Assembly (NCBI RefSeq): GCF_009914755.1
Contig: NC_060947.1
DNA length: 64,000 nucleotides
Direction: 5' to 3' (one strand)
From: the human T2T-CHM13v2.0 reference genome, Homo sapiens
The notes under the pieces were generated by a model. That model made no database searches, had not been told where the DNA came from, and saw only the letters and a program-made list of their open reading frames with translations. This document shows, piece by piece, positions 1 through 17,541 of this stretch. The first letter of the stretch is position 1, and the number at the start of each line of letters is the position of its first letter. Both the position numbers and the translations under genes were made by a program.

Positions 1-197
1 AGGCAAACACAGTGTTATAATGGACACTAGAGACTCAGAAGCAGGAGGCTAGGATGAACGTGAGGGATGAAAAGTACCTATTGGGTACAATGTACATTAT
101 TCTGGTGACAGGTCCACTAAAATCCCAGATTTCATCACTATATGATTCAGTCATGTAACCAAAAGCTGCTTGGAGTTCTAAATCTATTGAAATTAAA
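1..197 (+). mobile_element. L1 3' end (L1PB/L1MA-type), continues upstream of window
   Basis: 3'UTR motifs 'gagggatgaaaagtacctattgggtacaatgtacattattctggtgacagg...aaatcccagatttcatcacta' and A-rich end. Confidence 0.8.
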
Positions 198-214
198 ACA
201 CACAGACACACACA

Positions 215-248
<34 letters not shown>
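198..248. repeat. (CA)n(GA)n microsatellite
   Basis: Direct reading; sits at the L1 tail. Confidence 0.95.
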
Positions 249-1403
249 AGAAAAACAGGATGAAAGTGACATGCACACAAATGCCCCCAACTCCAAGGTC
301 TCATTCAAAGCTTATCTCCTTCTTTGCAAATTCATAAAAGGCTTCAGCTGTCTCATTCTCAGGACCAGCATCCAGGGGATATGGCTTCTAGTCAGGTGTT
401 CTTTATGTCAAAATATATAAGAAAAAATGTCTTTTAGGACTCATTATACTGGTATTGAGTCCTTGGGTGATAATTAGAGTAGGTAGGTATGAGAGAAGAG
501 GAACCAGGAAAGAAGTTATTGAAAGAACAGTCCAGTAGAGGAGGTTGGGATTTTCTTATTAAGAATTTTACAAAAATTGTGTTGTATTTGTATATAATAT
601 ACACAGTAAAAATCCAGGTTGTTATTAGCACTGTAAAAAATGAATTAATTCCACCTCAATCGTTGAAATGGTTTAGCCATATATCTGGTATATTATATTT
701 AATATTAAAAGGATGAGACCCATATGTAATACATGAGTTCATAAATCACCATTTGTGGAAGTTGATTCTGAAAAGATAATACCTCTAACACAGCTTGATT
801 CACCTGCACTCCAAGCTCCAGCAACTGGACCCTCCTTGACTCAACGGCTGAGGCCCCCAGAAAGTTGTACATGAGTGAAGTTTGGATGTAGTTGGAAGAA
901 CAGCAAGGAAATTTACATGGAGCGCTCTCCTTCGTGGATGCCATAAGGATCAGAAATGCAATTCCAGGGAATCTCAGGGTGAGTACCAGAAAGTGTCAGA
1001 TTATGGCTTGGAGATTTCCTCCAGAGATGCTGGAATGATGGAAAGTGAGTGAGCCTGACTTCTGTTATCCACAGACTCCTCTAGGAACTTCCATAGGCTG
1101 CGGATAGTGTTCTCTACTGATTAATGGTCCCATGGTGGTTGAGACCATTTTATCTGTACCTTCCAAGAAGGCACGGCCATTTAGAATAATCTAATGGCAT
1201 GGCCTAAAATCCAGTGAGTCAACAAAAAAATGAGTTATTCAAGTCAGGAGACCTGGGAATCAGAACACACAGGTGACATTCCCAGCAAACCAAGCTGCTG
1301 CAGGAAACAGATGGCAAGTTGTACAAACAACAAAATGTTATTAGTAACAATAACATTAATATTAATAGTAGCAACAGCATATAATGAAAAACTATAGCAC
1401 TTA

Positions 1404-1766
<363 letters not shown>

Positions 1767-2465
1767 TTCTAGTTAAAAAAGCACTGAACTAATTAAAAGG
1801 ATTTTCATTGTTGACACCTAATTTAAAGGTCTGCAAAATCAAATGTGCACACATCTCAACAGAGAAAGAATGAAACCCTGGAGAATGATAAACCAAAATG
1901 GATAAGGTTATTATCTATGAATGTGTTACGTAATTGTCAAAATAAAGTTATTGGAAGCAAGAAATATACCATAAAGAAAATTATAAACTAGACAGGCTTT
2001 AATGCACTAAACTGACTCAGTGAAAATTTAGGAGTTGGCAGAAAAATAAGTTAATAATTATATAAAACTAATTTTATGAATGAGAAAGAGAGTAGGAACT
2101 AAAAAATTTTAGAGACATTCAAACTATAGTGAGAAGTAGCTGGAAATGTATTTGCAAATAATATTAGCAAAATATATGTACTTGCTTATGAAAGAAGTGC
2201 TATTGTTAAGAGATAGAAAAAAAGAATGGAATAGGTTCAAATCCTACCTAAGTAAAAATAAAAATAAAAGAATAGGATAACTTATACATTATCAAGAGAG
2301 AATATGGAATGAATAGTAATTGAGCCACACCAGCAAAATTGAGAAAGAAGAAAATTTTAGATTACATATGACAAGAAAACATGCTAAAATTACAATTAAG
2401 GAATCAATAAAGGCAATTAACCACTTGGAGAAAGTATAACCTATAACACCTACAAAAATTTGTCT

Positions 2466-2760
2466 GGCCAGGCTCAGTGGCTCACACCTGTAATCCCAGC
2501 ACTTTGGGAGGCCAAGTTGAGAGGATAACTTGAGCTCAGGAGTTCGAGGTCAGCTTGGGTAACATGGCAAAACCCCATGTCTACAAAAAATACAAAAATT
2601 AGCCAGGTGTGGTGGCATATGCCTGCAGTCTCAGCTATTTGGGAGGCTGAGGTAAGAGGATCACTTGAGCCAGGGTAGTTGAGGCTGCAGTGAGCTTTGA
2701 TGGTGCCACTGCACTCCAAGTTGATTGACAGAGTCAGATCCTGTCTCAAAAACAAAAAAA
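2466..2760 (+). mobile_element. AluJ, full length
   Basis: 'ggccaggctcagtggctcacacctgtaatcccagc...gatcacttgagcc...gaggctgcagtgagc'. Confidence 0.92.
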
Positions 2761-3298
2761 GTGCCAAAAGTTTGCTGGTAGGATTCATGTTAAGAAATAA
2801 TGCTTTTCCCAGAAATAAAAGATAAGATCTCCAGAAAAAAAAAATTAATTCTCAGCACATTAAATAAAATAGACTCACATCAGTACATCATGGTGAACTT
2901 TTGAGACAAAGATAAATTCATAAAATCTGTCAGGGAAAAAGGTAACATCAAAAGATCGTACAGCTAAATGGCTTTACACTTCTGAAGAGCAACACAGAAA
3001 TTCCTCAAGTCTTCACATTTCTGAGCATAATAACTGCTAAGCTAGAAATACTTACCTACTTAAATGTTTTTAAATAAATGGGCTGATTAGAGCATTCTTT
3101 GTTCAAGAATCTAGTGAATACGCCATTATATTATAATAATCATTATAATATTATAATGATTATAATCACTATAATATTATATTCATTGAGCTGAGATTAC
3201 TTGCTTATGATTATAAATTTACCTTTATTTTCTCCTAATAAATATTACCCGAAATTTATTCGGCATTAATTCTTTGAGCTGAGGTTCTTTCTTTTGAG

Positions 3299-3379
3299 AT
3301 ATAAAAGTTATTCAACTGAGATTTATATATAAATAATAAATATACTTAACTATAAATCTCAGTTGAATAACTTTTATAT
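3299..3379. repeat. Perfect inverted repeat, 29-bp arms, 23-nt spacer
   Basis: 3299-3327 ATATAAAAGTTATTCAACTGAGATTTATA is the exact reverse complement of 3351-3379. Confidence 0.95.
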
Positions 3380-3834
3380 AATGAATAAATGTATAAGCAT
3401 AAGCAAGTAGTGTTGTTGAGAGGTTAGTTCTGTTTTGTGATCACTTCTTGCAAAAAGAATAGCTAAGTTACTAATTATTACATTTATGAAGATATGAGAT
3501 TAAAATGTTTTTATTAATTTGATGTTTTACATTAATAACTATTTTATCTTCTACAAAGTATGATTAGAGTTTGTTTAATTGTGGAAACTGTTTAAGTAAT
3601 ATATAATATGATCTCCAGTGTACAAAAATTTATAAAGAAGTTCTGAGAAATTAATAAATAATAACCTTCCCTTTTGATAATCTTTTTATGCATACATACA
3701 AAATAATTGAAAAATGAATTTGTTATCCAATCCATACTATTGCTCCAGTTTGTAAGTTTATGTAATAACTTTATATTTCTGTTGAAAAAATAAACACCAC
3801 TATTCTTTGCAGCTTAATCCTCAATTGAAATATA

Positions 3835-4547
3835 GACCCAGAATTTACAAGGAACTCAAATAATTCAACAAGAACTAAAAACCATATAACTCCATTAAAC
3901 AGTAGGCAGAGGACTTGAATAGCTATTTTTTAAAAGAAGATAATCGAATGCTTATACAAGCATGTGAAAAATTGCTCTAATAATTAGAGAAACGCAAATT
4001 AAAACCACAATGGGATACCATCTCACACCAGTTAGAATGACTATTATTAAAGGAAAAAGTAACAGATATTGGTGATGACACAGAGAAAAAAGAATGCTTA
4101 CACACAGTTGGTAGGAATGTAAATTAGTACAACCTCTATGGAAAACACTATGGAGATTTCTCAAAGAATTAAAAATAGAACTACCATTTGATCTAGCAAT
4201 CCTACTACTGGGTATTTACCCAAGAGAAAGAAATCATTACATCAAAAACATACCGGTACTCATATGTTCATCACAGCACTATACACAATAGAGAGGATAT
4301 GCAAACAACCTAAGTGCCCATCAATAGATGACTGCATAAAGAAAATGTAGCTTAATGTGACTCCACACACAATGGAGTCGTATTAAGCCATAAAAAAGAA
4401 TAAAACCATGTTTTTTGCAGAAACATGGATGGAACTGGAAGTTATTATCTCAGGTAAAACCACTCAGAAACAGAAAGACGAATACCACATGTTCTCACTT
4501 ATAAGTGGTAGCTAAATAATGTGTACACGTGGACATAGAATGAAGAA
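3835..4547 (+). mobile_element. L1 (L1PB/L1MA-type) ORF2 3' part and start of 3'UTR, degenerate
   Basis: 'aaaaccacaatgggataccatctcacaccagttagaatg', 'ggatggaactggaagttattatc', 'gttctcacttataagtgg'. Confidence 0.88.
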
Positions 4548-4811
4548 CAGGGGTCCCTAACCCCCAAGCCATGAACCAGTCAGTACCAGTCTGTGACCTG
4601 TTAGGATTCAGGCCACACAGCAGCTGGCGAATAAGCAAAACTTCATCTGTATTTACAGCCGCTCCCCATCACTTGCATTACCGCCCAAGCCCCGCCTCCT
4701 GTCAGATCAGCGGCGGCATTAGATTCATAGGAAGGTTCACCCTATTGTGAACTGTGCATGTGAGGGATCTAGGTTGTGCACTCCTTATGAGAATCTAATG
4801 CCTGATAATCT
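4548..4811 (+). mobile_element. MER1A-like hAT-Charlie element, truncated
   Basis: Starts 'caggggtccctaacccc'; contains 'cttcatctgtatttacagccgctcccc' and 'cagatcagcggcggcattagattc'. Confidence 0.88.
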
Positions 4812-5179
4812 TAAAAAAAAGAAACCCCAAAATACAGATGAAATATTTATTTCTGGTTAAAAGAAAGCCAGGAATAGCTCCTCCAGTATAATAAATGTAA
4901 AGTTTTAACTTGTGAACAGGTAGTAACTGGATACTCTTAAAAGCAACAATTACCTCTCAAAGTTTATTTAGTACACCAGTTTCTATATTTGTTGGTAATT
5001 GGAACGTAATGACATCTGTATAGATGTACCTTATACTATCTATTGGTTTACACTTCTTTTCATTCAAGCTAGTTGTCTTATTTTTTTAAGTATTTAAAGA
5101 TAAGTGGCAGATGCATTACATTCCATTGCCCAACACTTTAGCATACATATTATTGATACTTGCTTACGGTTCTTCTTGT

Positions 5180-5720
5180 TTTATTTTAGGTAAAATTTGC
5201 ATACCTAAGTAACATGCATAATCCTAGGTATACCTGCCCAAAAGTCTTGACAAAAGCATATATCTGTATAACTTAAACCTCTATGAAAGTGAAGAACTCA
5301 CTCAGCTCTTTCCCGCAATACTCAGTCAATTCTCACTCTCACCCAATTAGGGAACAATATTTTTTTCACCCTAGATTTTTTTCCCTCTAATTTATGTAAA
5401 TAAAAATATGCAGTTTGTATTTTTGTGACTTCTTTCTTTCAACATCATTTTCTAAAGATTCATCAATGTTATTGTGTATATTAGTGTCCATATTTTTCTT
5501 ATGTGGATATCAGTAGTCCATACCAAATATGCCACAGTTTTTCTTTCCTTCTCCTATAATGTCTGGAGTGTTTCTAGTATTGGGCTTTTATGAATCAACC
5601 TACTATGGACATCCTTGCACAAATATGGGTACATTTTCATTTTTCTCCAGTAAATATTTAGGAGTAGTTCTTCTAGGTCTTAGGGTGTGTGTGTTTGTAG
5701 GTTTATAAGAAACTGACAAT
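5180..5720 (-). mobile_element. Ancient L1M (L1ME-like) 3' remnant
   Basis: Degenerate motifs 'attcatcaatgttattgtgtatattagt', 'aaatatttaggagtag'. Confidence 0.55.
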
Positions 5721-6268
5721 TTCTGTCATTAAAATGTGAAGATTATGTTGTAACTTTCTGTATTTATGTAACCTTCTATTATTCTATTATTATGCATAGT
5801 GTCCTTTCAAGTTAAACATTGTGCAATCTCTTATTAGATTTTTAATATTTATAATCCCCTAGTTCTTTTACTAGGAAATTCACTGTGACAGCCTGCTGGT
5901 CACTTCACAACCTGGCTATATTTTAATTAACTTCCTGTTTGTTTATACTCTTCCAGTCAGTTTTATTTCATGTGACATAATTGTATATAAAAGCCAGTTA
6001 ACGCTTTTTACATCAGGGGACATATCAAGTTCATTTTGTTATTGGGAAAAAGATATTAAGTGTTCTAATTTAATACAGACTGCCTCACTTCCAGCTTGTT
6101 CTGTTATGCCATTTATGAAGTTGTGTAAGTTTTGACAACCTTTTAACATAACTGTACTTGAAAGTATTGTTCCTAGGAAACTACTCAATTTATTAGCCAA
6201 TGTTAGAGATGAAGCTTCTTTGAGACATCAGTTTGTATATTTTCTGCTAGATAACCAGAACTATTATG

Positions 6269-6270
<2 letters not shown>

Positions 6271-6303
<33 letters not shown>

Positions 6304-6345
6304 TGCATGCTTGTGTGTGTAACACTGAGAGAGACAGAGAGAAGA
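6271..6345. repeat. (TG)n/(GA)n microsatellite
   Basis: Direct reading. Confidence 0.9.
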
Positions 6346-6407
6346 AGAGAAAGATCAATTCTATATAAGTGAGTAGTAACAGCTTTTGAATCCAGGAAAC
6401 TTCTCCT

Positions 6408-6905
6408 TTAAAAATTTTTAATTTTTAATTTTTGTGGGTCCATAGTAGCTGTATGTATTTATGGGGTATATGAGATATTTTGATATAGACACACAATGTG
6501 TAATAATTACATCAGGGTGAATGGGGTATTCATCACCTCAAGCATTTATGCGTAATGTTATATACAATCAAATTATACTCTTTTACTTATTTTAAAGTGT
6601 AAAATTAATTTTTTTTTACTATAGTCACCCTGTTGTGCTATCAAATACTAGGTCTTATTCATTCTTTCTAAGCATTCTTTTGCAGCCGTTAACCATCCCC
6701 ACCTCCCCCTCCACCCCCTACTACCCTTCCCAGCCTCTGGTGACCATGCTTCTACTCTCTATCTCCATGAGTTCAATTGTTTTAATCTGTAGCTCCTACA
6801 AATAAGTGAGAACATGTGATGTTTGTCTTTCTGTGTCTGGTATACTTCACTTAACAGAATGACATCCACTTCCATCCATGTTGTTGCAAATGGTAGAGTC
6901 TCATT
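6408..6905 (-). mobile_element. L1MA-type 3' end
   Basis: 'aataagtgagaacatgtgatgtttgtctttctgtgtctgg', 'ttcccagcctctggtgaccat', T-rich tail on the left. Confidence 0.88.
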
Positions 6906-8221
6906 TGGGAAGTTTCTCTTACACGTCATTATATTTCCAATGTTTGCACAGTGCCTAATTTGGTAAATATTTCTTAAAATCATATGATAACATGGCATAA
7001 TTACCCTTCAAATCAGTCATTTTGAAAGATCAAATGAAGACAAATCATCATCGGTCAACCTCATGTAAGAAGCACTGAGAAGTCGTGTGGACCAACCTTT
7101 GCTCATTCATTTCTCCCCTTCCCTCCATTTCTATTCTTTTTCTCCTCCTACTCATGTTCTCCTCTTCTTTTCCTTCTCCTGCTCACCCTGCTCCTTCCTT
7201 TCTTTTTCCTCTATGAATAAAATATTCAGTAGGTGTTTCTGAAACTTTTCCTGTAACCTCAGGTACGCCTGAAGATTTGCCCCTTGCTCTACTTATTGTG
7301 CACTAGTAACTCCATGAATTGATGGGTATTTAGGCATAACATATTCAAGACAAATGAGAGTCCAGTTGAGGGCAATGGAGTGGACAAACACCTGTGTGTC
7401 CTTGATGAGATCAAGTTATGAGTAGTTGGCTTGACTGAGCTGACCTTATGATTGGGGCAATCACTTATACCTGGGGGGACTCCAGGAACATCTAGACATA
7501 AAAGATGAGGGTGCCCCACAGCTGATTTGGTAAATACTTCTAACTTCAGATCACCTGAATTGAGGTGGTAGTTTCATGCTTAGATTAGTCCTTTGGGAAT
7601 ACACATGTCCCAGATATGGAATGATGGAGGTATTAGAAATCTTCTATAAGCTGTCATGCATTACCACCTATGATAAGCTGATGCTGTTCACAAATTGTTT
7701 TGCTCCCTTTTATGTTTTCTTCATTGGTACTGGCTGAAGCCTATTGCATCTGTTGGGTTTCATCATGATGAAATCAAAAAGATTACTGCTGTTCAAGCAG
7801 AAAGGACCCTATACCAGACCAATAGGCTGTAAAACAATTAACCAATATTATATAATTTATATGTGGGGGAAGATAAATACAATAGAATAATATAGAATAG
7901 ACGAGGGGCTTTTAGTTCTTATCCATGAGTCAAAGAACATTAGCTCCAAAAAATGAAAGATGTGCAATCTTTTAAATAAAAATTTACAATGAGATATACT
8001 TTAACTACAGATATAAACATTATAGAAATGACAAAGCTTGCTAACTTCATGCTAAAAAGAATAACATGGCAATATAAAAATCACAATAGAAAAACCATCT
8101 TATCACTGTTTTACCAGTGCATGTCTGTTTGTTGATATGTATCTAATTTAGACTTAGTTTAAATGTAGGTACACTTATGATTTAGGCAGTGTTTCCATCA
8201 GCAGCATACAGATTTAAATTA

Positions 8222-8575
8222 CGTCATGTACCACGTAACAATGTTTTGATGACAGAACACATAAATGATGTGCGCCCACGGGATTATAATGAAGCTGGAA
8301 ATTTCCTATAGCCTAGTGACATGCAGTCATTGCAACATCATAGAGCAACACATTACTTTTTCTGTGTTTAGATTTGTTTAGATACACACATACTTATCAT
8401 TGAGTTACAATTGCCTACAGTATTCAGTGGAGTAACAGGCTGTACAAGTGAGTATCCGGGTAGCAAATATACCATACCATATAGCCTAGATGTGTGATCA
8501 GCTATGCTATTCAGGTTTGTATAAGCATAGTCTATGATATTTGCACAACAACCAAATTGTCTAAGGACACATTGT
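8222..8575 (+). mobile_element. Tigger3-family non-autonomous DNA transposon
   Basis: 'gtttagatacacacatacttatcattgagttacaattgcctacagtattcagt...ccatatagcctag'; homologous to 60186-60535. Confidence 0.8.
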
Positions 8576-8674
8576 TAGGCAATTGTCAGAATGCCTATCT
8601 GCATTCTGTCCTTTAGTGATTGATTTCATTTTTAACCCCTATCTGACCGCATTAGGTAACACTGCATTTCTTTT

Positions 8675-8970
8675 GTGAATTCATTCAACAGATATTCTTG
8701 CACACTGTCAATTTTCCTGTACTATTCAAAAGGCTAGTGAGAGAGTTGTGAACTCCAACTTTTTTTGGCTGACAGCCTACTGCGGGGAAAGGTACACTAA
8801 AGAAGCAAATACATCCATCATCAAGATAAGAAATTTGAGAGGAAAAAGTAACCCCTTAAAGAGGCATTGGACCAAAGATGTTTGAACTCAGGACTGAAGA
8901 AAGAGAAGGAGCTTGCTCTGGGAAAACCTGGAGGGAGAGCATTCCAGGCAGAGAAAACTGTTGCTATTCC
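8675..8970 (-). mobile_element. L2 3' remnant
   Basis: 'ttcattcaacagatatt' and 'gagagcattccaggcagagaaaac', typical L2 motifs. Confidence 0.6.
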
Positions 8971-9924
8971 CTGGTGTCTAGGGGAGGTGGAAAGGATTTG
9001 GCCTCCTCTGGTAACACACTATGGGCATCATGCCCAGAGAAGGCTCAGGGGCCACAGGGCAGCCACTGTCTAGGTCAGTTGCAGCCTAGTGTCGAAGGAT
9101 CCTCTCTTCAAAGGGAAATTCCCTTATGCACATGTGTGGTAGCAAGGAGATTGCAGGTAGAATCTGTTCACCCATGAATTGGCCAATTTCAGTCAACTGT
9201 AGAAAGAGCTCATTCTGCAATACCAAAGCAAGACACTAGTTAATTGGGAAATGCAATATTCACCTCCAAGCTTTGCAGATATTTATATTTCTGTGGGTAG
9301 AAAGGGAAAAAATGAAACAAGAAATGACTTCGTATTGATAGTTTTTCTTTAGTAATTATTTTACTTTCATGAATCTTTATTTATGAAATCTTTATTCAGA
9401 CATAGGATAATAATCTACCAATAGTTTTGGTTTAGGTACATTATCTTCTACTATGCACTGGAGGGTTTGGGTTCTGTTTTTTTTCCCTCCCTGCCAATAA
9501 ACCCAGGATTCAGTACAATGAGTTTTAAGGGATGAAATTAAGGAATAGTCCATTGATCTGTTTATTTTCATGTATATCAGAATACTCAAATTTTTAAATT
9601 GCCATAGTTTGAAAATAAGATATAAAATATCAAGTAGTAAATCAGTCTAAAAGACAATTAAGGACTATGTTTCTTCTTGGATAAAAGTAAGTACAACTGC
9701 AACAGTGTTTCAGAAAACTTACAGCAAAAAATAGTAAACTTACTATCTACCACTGTAATTAATCATTTCATTGAATTTCCCTTAATTGAGCATCAATATT
9801 GACCTTTGGTAGCTTTATCTTTATAGTGTGATCTATTACACTTGATATTTTCAAACATGCTTTCTGGAAAAACAAGCATTTATTTTATTCGCTAATGCAT
9901 TAGGACTAGGTTTATGTTCCGAAT

Positions 9925-10947
<1,023 letters not shown>

Positions 10948-11205
10948 TAACAGATTTAATAATATCGTTGTAAAATATTCCAATGTGTTCATTAATTTGA
11001 AGCTGTCCTTCAACCCTGCTCCAATTTTTTCACACTGTCAGACTCTTTATAAAACTCTTCCTTTTGAGTCTCATGACAACTGAATTTACTTACGTTTTTC
11101 TTCTTTTTCTCCTTCCCAGTGCTGTGCAAATATCACCACTATTTTCAAATCTGGTATGGTTTGAATATTTGTCCACTCCAAAACTCATGTTAAAACTTAA
11201 TCACA

Positions 11206-11516
<311 letters not shown>

Positions 11517-11798
11517 TTAATCCTCAATGCGACAAGGTTGAGAGAGAGGGCCTTGAAGAGCTAATTGGGTGATGAGGGCTCCACCTTCATGAAAGGATTT
11601 GCTGATTTATGGATTCATGGGTTCATGGATTTTTGAGTTGTCACAGGAGTGGGACTGGTGGTTTTATAAGAGATGAAGAAAGTCCTGAGCCAGCATACTC
11701 AGCCCCCTCACCATGGAATGCTCTGCACTGCCTGGAAACTCTTCAGGAGATTCCCCAACAGCCAGAAAGCTCTCACCAGATGCCATTCCTCAACCTGA

Positions 11799-13648
<1,850 letters not shown>

Positions 13649-13897
13649 AAATAATTTATTCTTAAATATAAATACCCTGTTTCAGGTGTTCCATTATAAG
13701 CAATAGAAAATGGACTAGTGCACTCACCAACCATCATCTTTCAGGTGTAGAAAAATAAGGCACTGCTTACTCTCCAACCCAAACATTACCTTCCACCTGG
13801 GAGGTACATCTTTGATAGGTTCCCATCCAAGGTCTGGTGAGTCATGTCTAATTTAGGAGCAATTCTTTAGTACATGTTTAGAATTGAAAATAATGTT

Positions 13898-14049
13898 GGC
13901 CAGGTATAGTGGCTCATGCCTATAATCCCTGACTTTGGGAGGCTAAGGTGGGAGAATAGTTTGAGGCCAAGAGTTTGAGACCAGCCTAGGCAAGACAGTG
14001 ATACCCCATCTCTACAAAAAAATAGAAATTTAACAAAAATTTTAAAAAT
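13898..14049 (+). mobile_element. Alu left monomer (FLAM_C/AluJ-like)
   Basis: Single arm with A tail; flanking repeat 'aaaataatgtt'. Confidence 0.85.
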
Positions 14050-14067
14050 AAAATAATGTTTAATTGT

Positions 14068-14742
14068 AAAAGAACAAGTGTTGGTGAGGCTATGGATAAG
14101 TTGGAACACTTGTGCATCACTGGTGAGAACTTAAAATGCTGCAGCCATTACAGATAACAGTATGATGGTTCCTGTCAAAATTAAAAGTAGAATTACCACA
14201 TGACCCAGCAATTTCCCTATTCAAATTCAGGTGGAAAGAATTGAAAACAGGGACTCAAACAGAAAATTATACAAGAGTATTCATGGAAGCATTCTTTAAA
14301 TAGTGACGAAGTGAAAACAACTCAGATGTCCATCAGCGGATGAGTCGCCAAACAAACCGTGGCCTATCCATACAGTGGAATATTATTCAACCTAAAAAAG
14401 GAAGGAGCCTCTGACACATGCTACCATGTAGATGAACATTTTATTATGCTAAATAAAATAAGAGAACAAATATTGCATGATCCCACTCACATAAAATATC
14501 TAGAATAGCCCTAATCATAGAGAGAAAATATAGGATAATGGTGACCAGGGTCTGGGGAGAGGGCAAATGGCGGAGTCATTGCTTAATAGCTGCAGCGTTT
14601 CTCTTTGGGGTAATGAAAGTGGTTTGAAAACAGTCTTGATGGTTGAGCAGCATTGTGAATGTAATTATTACCACTGAATTGTACACTTAAAATGGTTAAA
14701 AGAGCAAATTTAGGGTATACGTATATCTAGCACAATAAAATG
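14068..14742 (+). mobile_element. L1MB-type 3' end
   Basis: 'gaattaccacatgacccagcaatt', 'actgaattgtacacttaaaatggttaaa'. Confidence 0.82.
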
Positions 14743-15638
14743 TATAATTATCCTTAGCAATAAACAATCTTAGTGAGATCACATTTTCCCAGTTGTTCAT
14801 GCATTATCATCTAGGTTCCACATTTTAAAATTTTGTTGCTTAAAACAAAGAAATATTTCTTTGTAATTTTTCTAATATAAGTGACTTAGGCTTTTATTTA
14901 TTCCACTTATTTTTGTGACTGGTCCATCTCACAGCTACAATGCATCTTAAAACATCATCGTTTAATCTGACATGTCAGCTTTCTTAAAAATATTTTTAAT
15001 ATTTTATCGTTCCTCTTTTAAGAGATGTGTATTATTTTGGACATCGTTACGAAAAGTAATTTCTGCATATTTCTGACAGCAGGCCATTTAATGTCACATT
15101 CTTCTTTTTGTCTGTCTTATCACTTGAGCACAATAGATCAGGATTCTAGTCTGTGGATATTTCGAGATGAAGAGAAAATATCATTTCTAAGGAAAGATAA
15201 AATTTTAACACCATAATTATTTTCATCACAATACCATCTTTTTGCATTCACCTACATTGTGATTAATGTAGAACATACCTGATTATAAAAACACATTTAT
15301 TAAATTCAAATAATAACTACCTTCCTTTCACGTAAGGATTATACTTTAGAATTTAATATTCTTAACTATACTACTGATACATTCTAAATGCAAAAGACAA
15401 AATATAAAAAGTGAAATTCAATACAATTGCAGATGCCTTTTAATATTAGCGTAATAATCTTATATGTTCATTTCCATTATTTGAGCAAGAGTTTTGTTTT
15501 TCTCTTATTTATTTCCTAATTAAAGAAGAAACACTAGATTGCTACAAAATTTTTAAGGAATGAATGGATATCGAGAATTGTTTAAATAATGTATTTACAG
15601 TATCTCCTCTAAATAATACATTGGGATTATTTGGACCT

Positions 15639-16488
<850 letters not shown>

Positions 16489-17385
16489 AAGAAAAATTCA
16501 CACATTATAAATAATTTGTAGAATGACAGGATTATAATATGATCTTTTTGACTTGATTTGCAGGGATGTCACAGAGACACATAAGCTTGTGTATGCACAT
16601 ACACACTCACACACATACATATAATTTGTGCACATGCACACACACATCCATATCATCCATGCAGTGCTACAAAATTTTGCTTTTTCATTTTCATATACAA
16701 GAAGCAAAGGATATTCATGTTCAGCAATTTTTGACAGACAGTCTGTCCCATGCTGTTGTGCACTTTAAAAGCACACACAGAAAGAGCAATTTGAGGTTCT
16801 CAGATGCTTGACCCACTTCTACTCACTAGGATGGACTCATCTGTAGATGTTGCAGAACTGTGGTGCATAGCGGTGCATGAGCACACCACTCAAATCCCTT
16901 ATCTCCACTCTCCGAGCCCGTGTGCTCATGACATCATACTTGGTGCATTTCACAAACCACTTCCAAAGTATTTCCCTAATCCAGGTGTCCAAGAAATATG
17001 TGCTGGGCCCTTCTGCAGTTCTGTGCCACGCACTGTGTTGTAGCTCAGTGATTTACTGACTTAAAATTTTAAATAAAACCACCATCTTCATAGCTAAAGC
17101 CAAGTTATTTATCACTATTTTCTAGTGAACTTTAACATAGAACATGTTCTAGAGTTTCCTCAGCTTAGCAACCATCGCTTGTTTTTATACAAATTCAAAA
17201 GCAGACACTAAATCGGTGAACAGTGGGAAAACACGTTTCTTTTGCAACATATTGATTTCGACATCAACAAAATAAAATAAACAAAAACATCTATTAAGTC
17301 ACAGGGAATTGGATCCACACGTTTTATCTCTGCCCACTTCAACCACACAAAATGTCTATCCATCATCTATCTATCTAGCATTTTT

Positions 17386-17541
17386 GTTTTATTTTATTTT
17401 TTAAGGAAAAGAGGTGCACATTTTATTTTACTTATTTATTTTTCTTTTAACTTTCATTTTAGGTTCAGGGGTCTATGTGCATGTTTGTTTTATAGGGAAA
17501 CTCTGGGGCCTACTTGAGATTGGAGGGTGGGAGAAAGGAAA
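17386..17541 (-). mobile_element. Very short old L1PA 3' end with inverted 5' piece, 14-bp TSD
   Basis: TSD TATCTAGCATTTTT at 17372-17385 and 17542-17555; antisense 'ttttaggttcaggggtctatgtgcatg' then sense 'ctggggcctacttgagattggagggtgggag'. Confidence 0.82.
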
